NCBI GenBank assembly: GCA_044226015.1
Contig: JBGAHS010000003.1
Coordinates: forward strand, 608,001 to 672,000
Source of the DNA: Candidatus Obscuribacteraceae bacterium
GTDB lineage: Bacteria; Cyanobacteriota; Vampirovibrionia; Obscuribacterales; Obscuribacteraceae
Length of the DNA stretch: 64,000 nucleotides
Direction of reading: 5' to 3'
Below are positions 20,809-31,558 of this stretch, one piece after another. The notes below the pieces were generated by a model that was not told the DNA's origin, did no database searches, and saw only the letters and a program-made list of their open reading frames with translations. The number at the start of each line of letters is the position of its first letter. The stretch's first letter is position 1. Both the position numbers and the translations under genes were made by a program.

Positions 20809-21309
20809 CTAGCCATTCAAGAGCTTATTTTGCTCTCTTTCGTGCAAAACACTTTTACAAACCCAGCCTTCACGTCCTTGAAACTGTCCATCTTTGACTC
20901 TGATTTTGACGGCTTCTTTTTCTTTTTCGTTGTTCAGAACGATTACCTGGGTATCGTTGTCGATTTCTAAAATCGTGCCATCTAATGCCCATTCGGTGAC
21001 CTTCCCAAGCTGCTGCGTATTAACAAGATCTTTTACAGAAGGTTCTGCAACGAAAAGAGGAATGGCATTCTTGTTCCGATCATAAACACGATAGGAATAT
21101 GTCTTCGGCGCAGCTTCAGAACCAATGCCCATCATCATTTTGATGAGATAAATCATTCCGACAAGAAGAGCAACGCCAAACAAGAGCCCGACAAGAATGC
21201 TGACAAGTCTGACGACAAAGCCAATAACAACCAGCCCTACCAGGCACAATATGAAAATTCCGATTATTTGAAATACAAGCTTCAGCATTTCACCCTCTGG
21301 AACATTCAT
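20809..21309 (-). CDS. Membrane protein with C-terminal SH3-like domain
   Basis: Two N-terminal TM helices; C-terminal AVKIRVKDGQFQGREGWV is SH3b-like. Confidence 0.6.
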   Translation of the reverse strand: MNVPEGEMLKLVFQIIGIFILCLVGLVVIGFVVRLVSILVGLLFGVALLVGMIYLIKMMMGIGSEAAPKTYSYRVYDRNKNAIPLFVAEPSVKDLVNTQQLGKVTEWALDGTILEIDNDTQVIVLNNEKEKEAVKIRVKDGQFQGREGWVCKSVLHEREQNKLLNG

Positions 21310-21460
21310 ATGTTACCACCGTGAGCAAGACAGATGCAGAATCCAATAGCGATCTCGAAATACCAGCCCTTTAAAAGTATAAAAGGACTTTAAAATGCAA
21401 AAAGCGATTGAGAATGTGCAAGAGGGAAACTATTAATGCTCCCCTCTTGCACCGATAATA

Positions 21461-21631
21461 CTATGACTTCCGCTTTTTCAGATCTTGCAGAAGCTTGTAC
21501 TGCTGCTCAGCAAACCACAGATCCTCGCGAGTTTTTTCCTTGCAGCCGAGTTCGCCACAACCGGTGAACAGCATTTCGGCATGCACAACATTGCGGGGTT
21601 CCTGCTTGACGGTGGTATTCGACTCACTCAT
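21461..21631 (-). CDS. Small hypothetical protein (56 aa)
   Basis: CAGGAGA RBS before ATG (MSESNTTV...); downstream of the 21712 gene. Confidence 0.45.
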   Translation of the reverse strand: MSESNTTVKQEPRNVVHAEMLFTGCGELGCKEKTREDLWFAEQQYKLLQDLKKRKS

Positions 21632-21711
21632 AGCTTTTCTCCTGAGTTGAAAGGAAGAGCTTCTTGCTGAAGCTCTTCCCGGTCCGATAATCTTGATGAT
21701 GCTGCTGATGC

Positions 21712-22578
21712 TTAGCTGAAGATCCACTCCAGCCAGCCCATCTTGCGCCGAGCCTCGCGACGACGAGCGTCAGACGCCGCAAGCAGCTTGCGCCACTCCG
21801 TCTCCTCGTCATCATGGCTGCACTCAGCAAGACCTTTCTCGTTGCTCGCGGCGACCTCGCTCATGCGGGCACGCATGCCGGCGATGAACTCATCTGCCTC
21901 GGCCGAAACCTTGGCGAGATGCGCATCGATGTTACTGGAAAACTCGGACAGGATGCGCTCGGTCACGGGAGCCATGCTCTCGCGGAAATCGTGAAGTGAC
22001 CTGGCGCCCTCGGCACGAATCTCAGCTTCAACGCGCTTGAGCGTCTCATTGCTGTCCAGCGCCTCCTCAGCGAAGCTGCGCATGACGATGCCGGCGACGG
22101 TCTCACCATCGCTTTCATGCATGCCGAGCGAGTCGAGGGCACGACGGAGAGCCTTCTCACCGGTCTTCAGGAGAAGCAGACGCTCGAGGTCAGTCTCGAC
22201 ATCAGCGAGCTTCCGCATCCACTTATAAGCGATGAGCTTGGACATGTCGGCGAGATAGTGATCGTCGACAAGAATGCGCTCGCGGTCGATTCGCACCTCG
22301 TGCGAAACAGTCGCGCTGGGCCGCGGAGCCTTGAGCTTGCGGATGACAGTGCGACGATAACGGGAGTCCTCGAGACGGGAGTTGTCGACTTCGAGCGCGG
22401 CCGGCTTGAAGGTGGACTCGCAGCAGAAGGTGGTGAGACCGTGAGACTTGATGGACTTTGAGAACTTCGCCCAGGCGGACTCCGAAGAAGCATCTTTGCG
22501 GATGACTTTCGCAAAGAGAGCCACGAAGGTGTCCATGAGTCCGTGTTCGAACTTAGAATCGATCGTGATGGTGGTCAT
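21712..22578 (-). CDS. Hypothetical helical/coiled-coil protein with amphipathic C-terminus
   Basis: High-GC codon usage; GAAAGGA RBS before MTTITID; ends RRKMGWLEWIFS. Confidence 0.7.
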   Translation of the reverse strand: MTTITIDSKFEHGLMDTFVALFAKVIRKDASSESAWAKFSKSIKSHGLTTFCCESTFKPAALEVDNSRLEDSRYRRTVIRKLKAPRPSATVSHEVRIDRERILVDDHYLADMSKLIAYKWMRKLADVETDLERLLLLKTGEKALRRALDSLGMHESDGETVAGIVMRSFAEEALDSNETLKRVEAEIRAEGARSLHDFRESMAPVTERILSEFSSNIDAHLAKVSAEADEFIAGMRARMSEVAASNEKGLAECSHDDEETEWRKLLAASDARRREARRKMGWLEWIFS

Positions 22579-23430
22579 TGGATCAGGTCCTTTCTGTAGG
22601 GTCTGTTGGTTCCCATGTCTCATGATCGAGGCATAGAAACGGTTGATATTCGCGACTACTGTGGAAAACGGTTAGGTGTTGAAATTCCTGCGGTCAAAAA
22701 GTTTTGGTGAACGAATGGAGTTCTATTTGAACGCTCTTTCAGGAAATTTTGCAAACAGCCGTGTGATGACATAGCACCCCAAAATATGCGTTAACAGATT
22801 CACTGCGACCCCCGAAGCCTTTATTCATAGGGACCTCGGGACGACACCGCAAGCAACAGGCGACATCGGTTTCGAACGTTTCACCAGTCTTTCCAAAAAG
22901 CACATCTCGAAACAGATGCCTGCGCGTCGTTTCCAGCTTCGATTTTCAATTCGCGCAGCCACCTCATATGGTGCACAAAAGCAGCGCACAAAACAAAGCA
23001 GAAGCGCCATATCCATTTTTCAGCAATCCTTTTCAGCATTCTTTCAAAGAGCTTTCAAATATACTAAATTCCATTACCATTCTTTCCCAAAACTTTCTCC
23101 AAACCCGCAATCGCTCTTCCAGCTGAGCTATTGCCCCTCTAGACCTTCTCAAAGCCTTCTCCAATATTTCTACAATCTTTCAAGAAAAACAGCAAGCAAT
23201 GTTTTGTCCAATGGCTCCCACACTTGATTTCGACAAAAATCGAAGTCTGCCACGAAAGTGAACAACACGTTCACGTAAGATTTCCATATAAAAAGTCATA
23301 GAATGACAAACTCTAAATCCCTATAAATAGGAACGCAACAGCTACTATACAATTACGTACTCAATGAGCGAACAAAAGAAAGATACGAGAAAGAATTCAA
23401 TTAAGAATCCATCTCAAATTGCAAAGCATT

Positions 23431-23468
23431 AGTGGGTCAAACACATCGATCATGTTTGACCCACTTTT
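23431..23468. terminator. Stem-loop downstream of the patatin gene
   Basis: AGTGGGTCAAACA...TGTTTGACCCACT 13-bp inverted repeat. Confidence 0.6.
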
Positions 23469-23505
23469 GCTTCCTGAGCGAAATAGCGCCTTCGAAGAGT
23501 CCTAG

Positions 23506-24396
23506 TTAAAGCAAGCCGGCTTTCTTCGCCATTGAAAAGCTCAGTCGGCTTTTCTGCAAAGCGTGCTCAAACATCTCTGTATGAACACTCAAAGGCAAAT
23601 TCCAAGCAGCACTCGAAACATCTGGCAAACCAGTCTCTACAACAAGGGCTTCACCTGTTTGGGGCATGCGAAATTTAGCCATTCCAATATTCGGGAGAAT
23701 CATTTCGAGCAAATGAAATATCCTATCGAAATTAGATAACTGATACCAGCGTTCTTGATGAATCTCAGAGGCTAAGCCCAGTTTGCTTATCAAAACAGGT
23801 TTCGCAGAAAAATCGAAAGCGAACGGATGGTACAAATATCCATCGAAGTATATTGCACCATTCTTTGCCTTCCGCAATTTTCGATATGCAGAAAGCAACG
23901 CGTTCCAACTCTTCAGTTCTCCGAAATCACCATCGACTACAGGGCGCATTACACCAGGCAAAGAGCATGATGCGCTAAGCGCTTTCGCAAGATCATAATT
24001 GCAGCCAGAAAAAACTTTCGGCTTAGCTCTGACTATGTCGAAAGCGACAATTTGCATATTTTCGTTCGGCTGCAAATTGTAAGTCTTCACTATGTCCCGA
24101 AATATGGGAAGCAAATCAATGAATTCACCTTGCAGAAGCTCATCGGCAGTAGGCCAACGGAGACGTGCAGTACCTTCACCTCCACCAGATTGGAGATTTC
24201 CAAAATGCTTTTGCAGCAAAGAGCATATTGTTTCAGGACTGTATCCATTGGTGTAAAACGCGAGAACAACAGAGCCGATTGAAACTCCTGTACCTTTTCC
24301 CAACTCAATGCCACACTCCTGGGCAGCTTTCAGAAAACCTGCATGTCCAGCGCCTTTAGAACCACCGCCACCAAGAACGTAATCAAATTTTTTCAT
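23506..24396 (-). CDS. Patatin-like phospholipase
   Basis: LGGGGSKG oxyanion loop, GVSIG nucleophile elbow, ASCSLPG, FDGY. Confidence 0.88.
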   Translation of the reverse strand: MKKFDYVLGGGGSKGAGHAGFLKAAQECGIELGKGTGVSIGSVVLAFYTNGYSPETICSLLQKHFGNLQSGGGEGTARLRWPTADELLQGEFIDLLPIFRDIVKTYNLQPNENMQIVAFDIVRAKPKVFSGCNYDLAKALSASCSLPGVMRPVVDGDFGELKSWNALLSAYRKLRKAKNGAIYFDGYLYHPFAFDFSAKPVLISKLGLASEIHQERWYQLSNFDRIFHLLEMILPNIGMAKFRMPQTGEALVVETGLPDVSSAAWNLPLSVHTEMFEHALQKSRLSFSMAKKAGLL

Positions 24397-24837
24397 CAAT
24401 TTTCCTCAATATGAATTGAGATGCATCTGCTCGATGCATCTCAACGGCTCGTAGTGGAATCCTGAGCCGAGCAAAGCCACACTGCCGCAAAGGCAAATCT
24501 GCGATTACTCAGGCAATTAGAAGTTCAATGCAATTTTTAGTGGTTCTGCCGTTCGAAACGAGGATCGCAGCAGAAGACTACTAGTCCGCTAGATCAACAT
24601 GAATTAAGTGACAGAACTTGGGTGATATAACTTGGGTGATATAGAAACCCGAAAAAAAATTGGACAATGAACTTCAATACTGAGTCAAAAGCAATGGACA
24701 GCTCCGCGGCAAGCTGATCTTGCTGGCGCACTGGTAAGCACACTAACGCTTCAGCTTGCGAAGCTATTGCTAACGAAAAGCAGAAAGCTGCAAAACAAGC
24801 ACCTTAGCCCTACTATCTGCAATAGCAATACAAGCAG

Positions 24838-24876
24838 AAAAAAAACCTGGAATCAAGATTATTGATCCCAGGTTTC
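24838..24876 (-). terminator. Rho-independent terminator of the 24882-25898 patatin
   Basis: AAACCTGG..ATCAA/TTGAT..CCAGGTTT stem with an A-run on + (U-tract on -). Confidence 0.7.
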
Positions 24877-24881
24877 GTAAA

Positions 24882-25898
24882 CTAATCGAGGCGACAATCC
24901 ATAATGAAGAGGTCGCGATTGGAAGCCAGCCGCCCCAATTCCTGAAACCTCTCGTTGCTGATGAGTCCGCGCTTCCACAAAACGACTACGGTTTCCGCGA
25001 ATCCACTCATCACTGCATACCATTTTTGCTCGACACTAAGAGAGAATTGCAGAGACTTAAATTTGTTCACCGTAGGTGATACCAAAATCGTTCCCTGCTC
25101 AGCCCAGACAGCAGGGTCCATTTCATCGTGCGGACAGAGACAGTTTTTACCGCAGAGCAGACGCCAGAAATCGAGGATGAAATCAGACTTCGAACCACGA
25201 CTGACGCCGACGTCGCAAGCAAGAATCTGGCTAGCTTTGACATCAAAGCTTCGCGCAACAACCCCGACAGGACACTGCCCATCCCAGGAGAGTGCGCCAT
25301 CAAAAAGGTAAATGTCGTTCCACACCTTCGGCTCAATGATACCGGGAACCGCACAGGATGCGCACACAGCGAGTCCAAGCGGGGCTGCTTCGTCACTGAG
25401 CTGACGGCTGCTTCCGTCATGAAGGTACTGGAACACTCCCTTCGAGGTGAAAACAATCTGTGTTCTGCCTGCGACAGCCATCGTCCAATAGTTTTCCGGC
25501 CATTCGGGTACCAGATCGTTGACAAATTTCTCCAATTTCTCAGAACCAAGAACTCCATATCGTGGTCGCGTTCGAGCCAGACGTTCCTTCAAGAAAAAGG
25601 CTAGAAACATCTGAACAGCATTAGCACGCCTGGTCAAAAGAGAATTGAAATCGATGTCGATAGCAAGTTGAACCATTCTGCCGGGGCTCATTCCAGCAGC
25701 ATGCATGAGAGTAGGAATGGAGCCACCACTGACACCGCCAATGGTGCGAGCATCTGCATAGCCGGTTTTATGCAGCGCGTAGAGAAATCCGGCGCTTGCG
25801 AGAATGGCGCGTGAGCCACCACTTCCGCAAACGGTATGGAGTTGAGTTTTGTCCAGTGCAGAGGCCTTCCTGCCAACAGCAAGTTGAGTCGTAGACAT
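24882..25898 (-). CDS. Patatin-like phospholipase
   Basis: GSGGSRA, GVSGG, ASCAVPG, FDGA; paralog of 45023-46114. Confidence 0.88.
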   Translation of the reverse strand: MSTTQLAVGRKASALDKTQLHTVCGSGGSRAILASAGFLYALHKTGYADARTIGGVSGGSIPTLMHAAGMSPGRMVQLAIDIDFNSLLTRRANAVQMFLAFFLKERLARTRPRYGVLGSEKLEKFVNDLVPEWPENYWTMAVAGRTQIVFTSKGVFQYLHDGSSRQLSDEAAPLGLAVCASCAVPGIIEPKVWNDIYLFDGALSWDGQCPVGVVARSFDVKASQILACDVGVSRGSKSDFILDFWRLLCGKNCLCPHDEMDPAVWAEQGTILVSPTVNKFKSLQFSLSVEQKWYAVMSGFAETVVVLWKRGLISNERFQELGRLASNRDLFIMDCRLD

Positions 25899-26665
25899 AG
25901 CATTCGGTCCTGGGGGTAGAGGATATGGCTCTCAGGGCTGGCATGCGCCAGACTGAAACCTGTCACACGGTGGTGAGCGAAAGCGGTGAGAAACAGAGAA
26001 AAGAGGTACGGAGTTAGCGGCTTCGGTTGCAGAAAAATATGACTAGATGGTCAAAATCTATAAGCCAGGCGGCTCCAGACTCAAGGCTCTGGAGATGTTC
26101 GAGCTTAGACCATTTCAAGCTTCCTCATCACCCTGGGCCAACACTTAACGGATAGCGCCAACTCAGCAAGGAAGAAGAGCCGAAAGTCCAGTAGTCTAGC
26201 TCTTGTCAGGAGAAGCACCAGATACGATACCGTTGACAAGAGAAACCAATGTCAAGAGCACAGAGAGTCTTCCGAGCGCACGTATACAGTTCACTCCGCT
26301 ATGCCAACCCCATGACGGCGATCACAAGATCACTCGTAGACCCCTGTCAGGCAGTGCTATCGGGAGACAGCGCTCTAAGCGCGCGTTAAGTCCTTCACAC
26401 CGAGTCGCGCTTGAACCGCAGTAGCTCGACCTTATAGCGTGGGGTGTATCTCAATCACTCCCGCTTCCGTCACACCTAGACAGTATCGAACCATAAATCC
26501 CAGGCACATCTAGCCGAATCAGTCGGTTGGACCAATACACCTTGCTTTGGATCGGTACTTCTTTCGAGCTTGAGATACATTGCGGCAGCTCGATGCTGTC
26601 GAACCTGGAAAATGCACCACGCGCAGCGCCTCGTCCTGCGCAATACACAAAGTCTGGAGCAAAAA

Positions 26666-28564
26666 ATGCCAACAAGTCTACCTGGCTCATTCTGGAGCCA
26701 TGTCTTCTCCAACCCTGATGGTCGAGCGGTGGTTCTCAAAAACCCGTTCGCCAACAGCGCACCTATCATCCTACCGGGCGGTCCCCCCATGGGCACAGGC
26801 GCTCATGTCATATTCCCGCCAGTGCTAACGCACATCAGCTGGGAGTCCGCTGGTCAAGCAGTAGCCAGCATCATGGCTTACCTGCGCCAGAACGGCTTCA
26901 AGAAGGGCGACCGCGCAGCGATCCTGGGATGGAACAGCCCCGAATGGGTCTGGGCCGACCTGGCTATCCAGAGCCTCGGCGGAGTGTCCATTCCCATCTA
27001 CCCCCACAGCGCTACCGAACAGGTCAACTACGTCTTGACCGATAGCGCTGCAAAGTTCACCTTCTCAAACGAAGATGAACAGCTGAAGAAGGTCAAAACA
27101 GGCAAAGCAGTTCACTTCGACCAGATTCCTCACGAACTGGCTTCGTGGCTGCCTGTGCGACCGTTCTACAAGTGGTTCGTTGCGAACTCGAGTCCCGAGC
27201 TAGCCGACAATCCTCTCTCCTGGCCTGGCGTCAAGCAAGAGCTGGAACAGCTGAGAGAAATTGTTGGCAAGCAGGGCTTCTGCGGCATCTCTGCGACGGA
27301 TCTCGCAACGATCATCTACACCTCCGGCTCAACCGGAGTGCCGAAGGGCGGCATGCTGACACACGGCAACATCGCCGCCGCTTGCACCGGGTTGGCTGCC
27401 CATGGATTCAAGCAAGACGCTGAGGACGACCTGTACCTCAGTTACCTGCCTCTGGCTCACGTCTATGAGCGCGTCGATGGCATGGCTATGAGCATCTGGA
27501 ACGGCATTCCTGTCGCCTTCTGCAAGGTCGATGAGGTCGGCGCCGCACTGAAGCTCTACCAGCCTACAATGCTACTCGGCGTTCCAGCCGTCTGGCGGAA
27601 AATCAAGGACAACATCGAAGCAAAGCTCAAGGAAGCAACGGGACTCAAGAAGTCCATTGCGGACTGGTCCTTCGCACAGAAGAAGCCTGGACTCAAACGA
27701 TTCCTCGCGGACTTGCTGGTATTCAGCAAGATTCGTGCCCAACTCGGTGGGCGACTCCGCATTCTCCTGTCTGGAGGTGCGCCGATTTCGCCTGATGTTC
27801 TCGAGTTCTTCAACCAGATTGGTCTGGAACTGCTGCAAGGTTACGGTCTGACCGAAACCGCCGGCGGTATCACAACCAATCGTCCCACCTGGATGCACGG
27901 TGTACAGGGACCGCGCAACAAGGTCGGCTCAGTGGGGCAAGTAGTGCCCGACTGCGAGGTGAAGATCGTGCCTGAACCCGGTGATACATCCGGCTCGGGC
28001 GAGATTCTGCTGCGAGGTCCGCTCGTGTTCAAGGGCTACTGGAACATGCCCGAAGAAAACGAGAAGACTTTCACAGCCGATGGCTGGTTCAAGACTGGCG
28101 ACCTCGGTCGTGTTGACGAGGATGGCTTCCTCTTCATCACGGGACGCAAGAAACGCCTGCTCAAGACCGAGGGCGGCAAGTATGTCGCACCGGAGAAAAT
28201 CGAGAAGGCGTTCGAGCCCTTCCCGATTGTTCAATATGCGGTTCCAGTCGGAGACGGCCGCAAGTACATTTCGGCTCTCGTCTTCGTCAATCAGGCAGTC
28301 GCGGAAAAGCTCGTGAGCAAGCCCGTTCCTGCAGGTGAAGATCGTGCCGCATTCTTCGCTGCTCAAGAAGAAGTGAAGAAGGCTGTAGCCGAAGCCGTCG
28401 AGGCAGTCAACTCGAAGCTCGAGCGCTGGGAGACCTTGAAGAAATTCAAGATCATCAGCCAGGAGGCTTCCGTCGCGAATGGCTTGCTGACACCGACGCT
28501 GAAGATTCGCAGCGAGGAAGTCGGCAAACGTTTCAAGCTCGAAATCGAATCTCTCTACGCGTAA
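26666..28564 (+). CDS. Long-chain fatty acid-CoA ligase (AMP-forming)
   Basis: IYTSGSTGVPKG, YLPLAHVYER, SGGAP, GYGLTE, WFKTGDLG, GKYVAPEKIE, LTPTLK; start moved to ATG after GGAG. Confidence 0.93.
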   Translation: MPTSLPGSFWSHVFSNPDGRAVVLKNPFANSAPIILPGGPPMGTGAHVIFPPVLTHISWESAGQAVASIMAYLRQNGFKKGDRAAILGWNSPEWVWADLAIQSLGGVSIPIYPHSATEQVNYVLTDSAAKFTFSNEDEQLKKVKTGKAVHFDQIPHELASWLPVRPFYKWFVANSSPELADNPLSWPGVKQELEQLREIVGKQGFCGISATDLATIIYTSGSTGVPKGGMLTHGNIAAACTGLAAHGFKQDAEDDLYLSYLPLAHVYERVDGMAMSIWNGIPVAFCKVDEVGAALKLYQPTMLLGVPAVWRKIKDNIEAKLKEATGLKKSIADWSFAQKKPGLKRFLADLLVFSKIRAQLGGRLRILLSGGAPISPDVLEFFNQIGLELLQGYGLTETAGGITTNRPTWMHGVQGPRNKVGSVGQVVPDCEVKIVPEPGDTSGSGEILLRGPLVFKGYWNMPEENEKTFTADGWFKTGDLGRVDEDGFLFITGRKKRLLKTEGGKYVAPEKIEKAFEPFPIVQYAVPVGDGRKYISALVFVNQAVAEKLVSKPVPAGEDRAAFFAAQEEVKKAVAEAVEAVNSKLERWETLKKFKIISQEASVANGLLTPTLKIRSEEVGKRFKLEIESLYA

Positions 28565-28671
28565 CCAGTACAGCATCAGTTAAGTCGACACGGGAGAGCG
28601 CAGGCATTAGCTTGCGCTCTCCTGGCGTTACCTCGATCGATGCATTCGGAACTAAAGAAAGGAGTCCAAAA

Positions 28672-29532
28672 ATGGCTCATTCCAATTGTCGCACGCCTGA
28701 CCGCAACTTCTGTGCGCCAGGCGGCAAAATCGCTGCACTGTTCGTTGACCTTGACGGCACCATGCTGGTCTGTCAACCATATTTCGACCAGGCGCACGCG
28801 AACTTCGCCCACTTCATGAAACTGCGAGGCTTCGACCCCAAAGAGGCTCTCAGCGTCCTGCACAATGTCGACCACTCCAACACCGAGCGAGCCGGCTTCG
28901 AGCGCGACCGCTTTGGCAAATCACTGGTCGAAGCGTATGAGCACATGCGCAAGTCCAAACGTCGCCGCTTCAAGGCGGAAGAAATAGAGAACGACCGCCA
29001 GATCTGTGAAAACATTGGTCGTGCTCCGTTTTTCCGCGAACCGGAGCTTTTCCCCAATGCTGCTGCGGTTCTCAGCCGAGCCCATCACAACTTCAAAATC
29101 ATCGCGGTAACCATCGGTAACCGCGAGGCTCAGAAGTACAAGGTACGGCAAGCTGGAATTCAGCGCGTCTTCGATGAACTCGTCATCACTTCACGCGATG
29201 ACAAAGAACAACTTGTTGCTCAGCTCATCAAGGACTTGAAAATCGACCCGCAGCTCTCCGCTTTCATCGGAAACAGCGTGCGAAGCGATGGTGCTTGCCT
29301 CGCGCACACCAATTTCATCTACCTGCCGCTGGAATCAGGCTGGTCTTTCGACAAGTCCGCGGCTCTGCCGAAGGATACTGGCTTCGAGACCATGCAGGTA
29401 GCTGATTGGCGCCAATGCGAAGAAAGTGCCATCAATCGACTCGTTCGCCGTCGCCGTCTCGCCATGGGCAATTCGGGACCTGTCGCTGTTATCACCGAGC
29501 AGCCCTGCTGCAAAGGTAAAAACGACACCTGA
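28672..29532 (+). CDS. HAD-superfamily hydrolase/phosphatase
   Basis: FVDLDGT motif I, AVTIG motif II, FIGNSVRSD motif IV; GAAAGGAG RBS. Confidence 0.85.
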   Translation: MAHSNCRTPDRNFCAPGGKIAALFVDLDGTMLVCQPYFDQAHANFAHFMKLRGFDPKEALSVLHNVDHSNTERAGFERDRFGKSLVEAYEHMRKSKRRRFKAEEIENDRQICENIGRAPFFREPELFPNAAAVLSRAHHNFKIIAVTIGNREAQKYKVRQAGIQRVFDELVITSRDDKEQLVAQLIKDLKIDPQLSAFIGNSVRSDGACLAHTNFIYLPLESGWSFDKSAALPKDTGFETMQVADWRQCEESAINRLVRRRRLAMGNSGPVAVITEQPCCKGKNDT

Positions 29533-29758
29533 ATGAAAATTTGATTGCACGGTCGTGCATCAGTTTTCGTGAGGAAACACGGTCTTCGGACCCTGTTTCC
29601 TCCTTTTTCTCGCGGCATCTACTACATCTATACATACGGTGACATTCGTAGCACATGTCACGAAGATTCTTGCAGAAATAATGGAGTTGCAAATTCGAGT
29701 AACTCAAGCCCGACTGGGAATGATATATTCGCAGTCGATCTATAAGCAGGAGTTTTCA

Positions 29759-31330
29759 ATGAAATTTCCAAGGTGCAGCGGCATTCTTTTGCATCCAACA
29801 TCTTTGCCAGGTCCCTACGGAATCGGCGACTTTGGGGAGGAAGCGTATCGCTTTGCAGATTTTCTTGCAGACTCTGGACAGCACCTCTGGCAATTATTAC
29901 CTCTGGCACCTACAGGATTTGGTGATTCTCCTTACCAGTGTTTCTCAGCATTTGCCGGAAACCCACTTTTAATTAGTCCCGATAAACTAGTCGAACATGG
30001 CTTGCTCGAAGAAAAAGATCTTCAACCTGTCCCACGGTTTTCACAAGATAAAGTCAATTTCGGCAAAGTAATCGAATACAAAAAGAAATTGCTTTTGCAA
30101 GCATATGAAAACTTCAAAACAACAACAGACACGGCTTTGCGCGCTGACTTCCTGGCATTCTGTCACAAGACTGCCGACTGGCTGGAAAATTATGCGCTCT
30201 TTCGCGTACTGAAGGAAGAGCACAATGGCTCACCGTGGAATCAGTGGGGAAAGGCTCTGGCTCTCAGAGATAAGTCCGCAATCGAGGAGGCAAGAGAACG
30301 TCACCTCGATGGAATAGAAGCCGAAAAATTTCTGCAATATCTGTTCTTTAAACAGTGGGCAGCTCTAAGAGAATACTGTCATTCTCTGAAGATTAGCATT
30401 ATTGGAGATACACCAATATTTGTCGCCTATGACTCTGCTGATGTTTGGGAACATCCAAATTTGTTTAAGCTAAATCAGGAAGGTGAACCACTGGTGGTGG
30501 CAGGTGTTCCACCAGACTATTTCAGCGCAACAGGGCAACTCTGGGGCAACCCTCTCTACGACTGGGAAGCGATGAGCAAAGACGGCTACAAATGGTGGGT
30601 GAACAGATTCAAAGCCATGCTAGACGTTGTTGATATTGTTCGAATAGATCACTTTAGAGGATTCGCCGCTTGCTGGGAAATTCCAGCGGGCGACAAAACC
30701 GCACAAAGAGGCCGCTGGGTGGAGGTGCCAGGTCGAGACTTCTTCAGCAAATTGAAGGAGGACCTTGGAGATGTTCCAATTATTGTGGAAGACCTTGGCG
30801 TAATTACTCCTGACGTAGAAGCATTGCGAGACGATTTTGCTTTCCCTGGAATGCGAGTTTTGCAAATGGCGTTTGGCTCAGACAGCTGCAATATCGACCT
30901 TCCCCACAATCATGTGCGCAACGCAGTTGTTTATTCCGGCACACACGACAACGACACAGCAGTAGGTTGGTTCAATTCCAAAGAAGGCGCCGGCTCGACT
31001 AGAGATGCCTCTCAAATTCTTCTTGAGAGACAGCGTTGCATGCGCTACTTCAAGAGTAATGGAAAAGAGATTCACTGGGATTTTATTGAAGCAGCGGCAT
31101 CATCTGTTTGTGATATTGCCATTGTTCCTCTTCAAGATGTTTTGGGACTGGGCTCAAAATCCAGAATGAATCTTCCTGCAAGCAATGAAGGAAACTGGTC
31201 TTGGAGATTTAAATCTGATTCACTCAATTCAGAAATCGCTTCGCGATTGAAAGACTTCGTTGTCTTCTATGGTCGCGACAATGCCTATGTACCAGCGACT
31301 ACACTGCAGCTGGCACGACAGTTCGCATAG
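29759..31330 (+). CDS. malQ: 4-alpha-glucanotransferase (amylomaltase, GH77)
   Basis: GILLHPTSLPG, WQLLPL, AGVPPDYFSATGQLWGNP, RIDHFRGF, EDLG, GTHDNDT, RMNLP..GNWSWR. Confidence 0.97.
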   Translation: MKFPRCSGILLHPTSLPGPYGIGDFGEEAYRFADFLADSGQHLWQLLPLAPTGFGDSPYQCFSAFAGNPLLISPDKLVEHGLLEEKDLQPVPRFSQDKVNFGKVIEYKKKLLLQAYENFKTTTDTALRADFLAFCHKTADWLENYALFRVLKEEHNGSPWNQWGKALALRDKSAIEEARERHLDGIEAEKFLQYLFFKQWAALREYCHSLKISIIGDTPIFVAYDSADVWEHPNLFKLNQEGEPLVVAGVPPDYFSATGQLWGNPLYDWEAMSKDGYKWWVNRFKAMLDVVDIVRIDHFRGFAACWEIPAGDKTAQRGRWVEVPGRDFFSKLKEDLGDVPIIVEDLGVITPDVEALRDDFAFPGMRVLQMAFGSDSCNIDLPHNHVRNAVVYSGTHDNDTAVGWFNSKEGAGSTRDASQILLERQRCMRYFKSNGKEIHWDFIEAAASSVCDIAIVPLQDVLGLGSKSRMNLPASNEGNWSWRFKSDSLNSEIASRLKDFVVFYGRDNAYVPATTLQLARQFA

Positions 31331-31558
31331 ATATTGATTGCATTGCTTTCCAAAATCTATCTCATCTAAGCGCCGAAATCTACAACAAGATCATTCAAGC
31401 TCAGCCCACAGAGCCAATTTTCGAATTGGATCTATGGCTGAGCTGAGCGTAGCCCTGAGGGGGAGTATCCCCATATGTGCATATATCTGCTTGAAGTAGT
31501 CTGGACATAGTGGTTTGGAACCGTGGTCCTTCAGCCCCAAGGATGATGGGAGAATTTT

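Noticed and set aside
23258..23274. GTGAAC-N5-GTTCAC palindrome as a LexA box
   Set aside because: The spacer is 5 nt rather than the GAAC-N4-GTTC pattern, and no SOS gene is adjacent.
23506..25898. Patatins as CBASS/CapV-type anti-phage effectors
   Set aside because: No CD-NTase, STAND NTPase or other defence gene nearby; the context is lipid metabolism.
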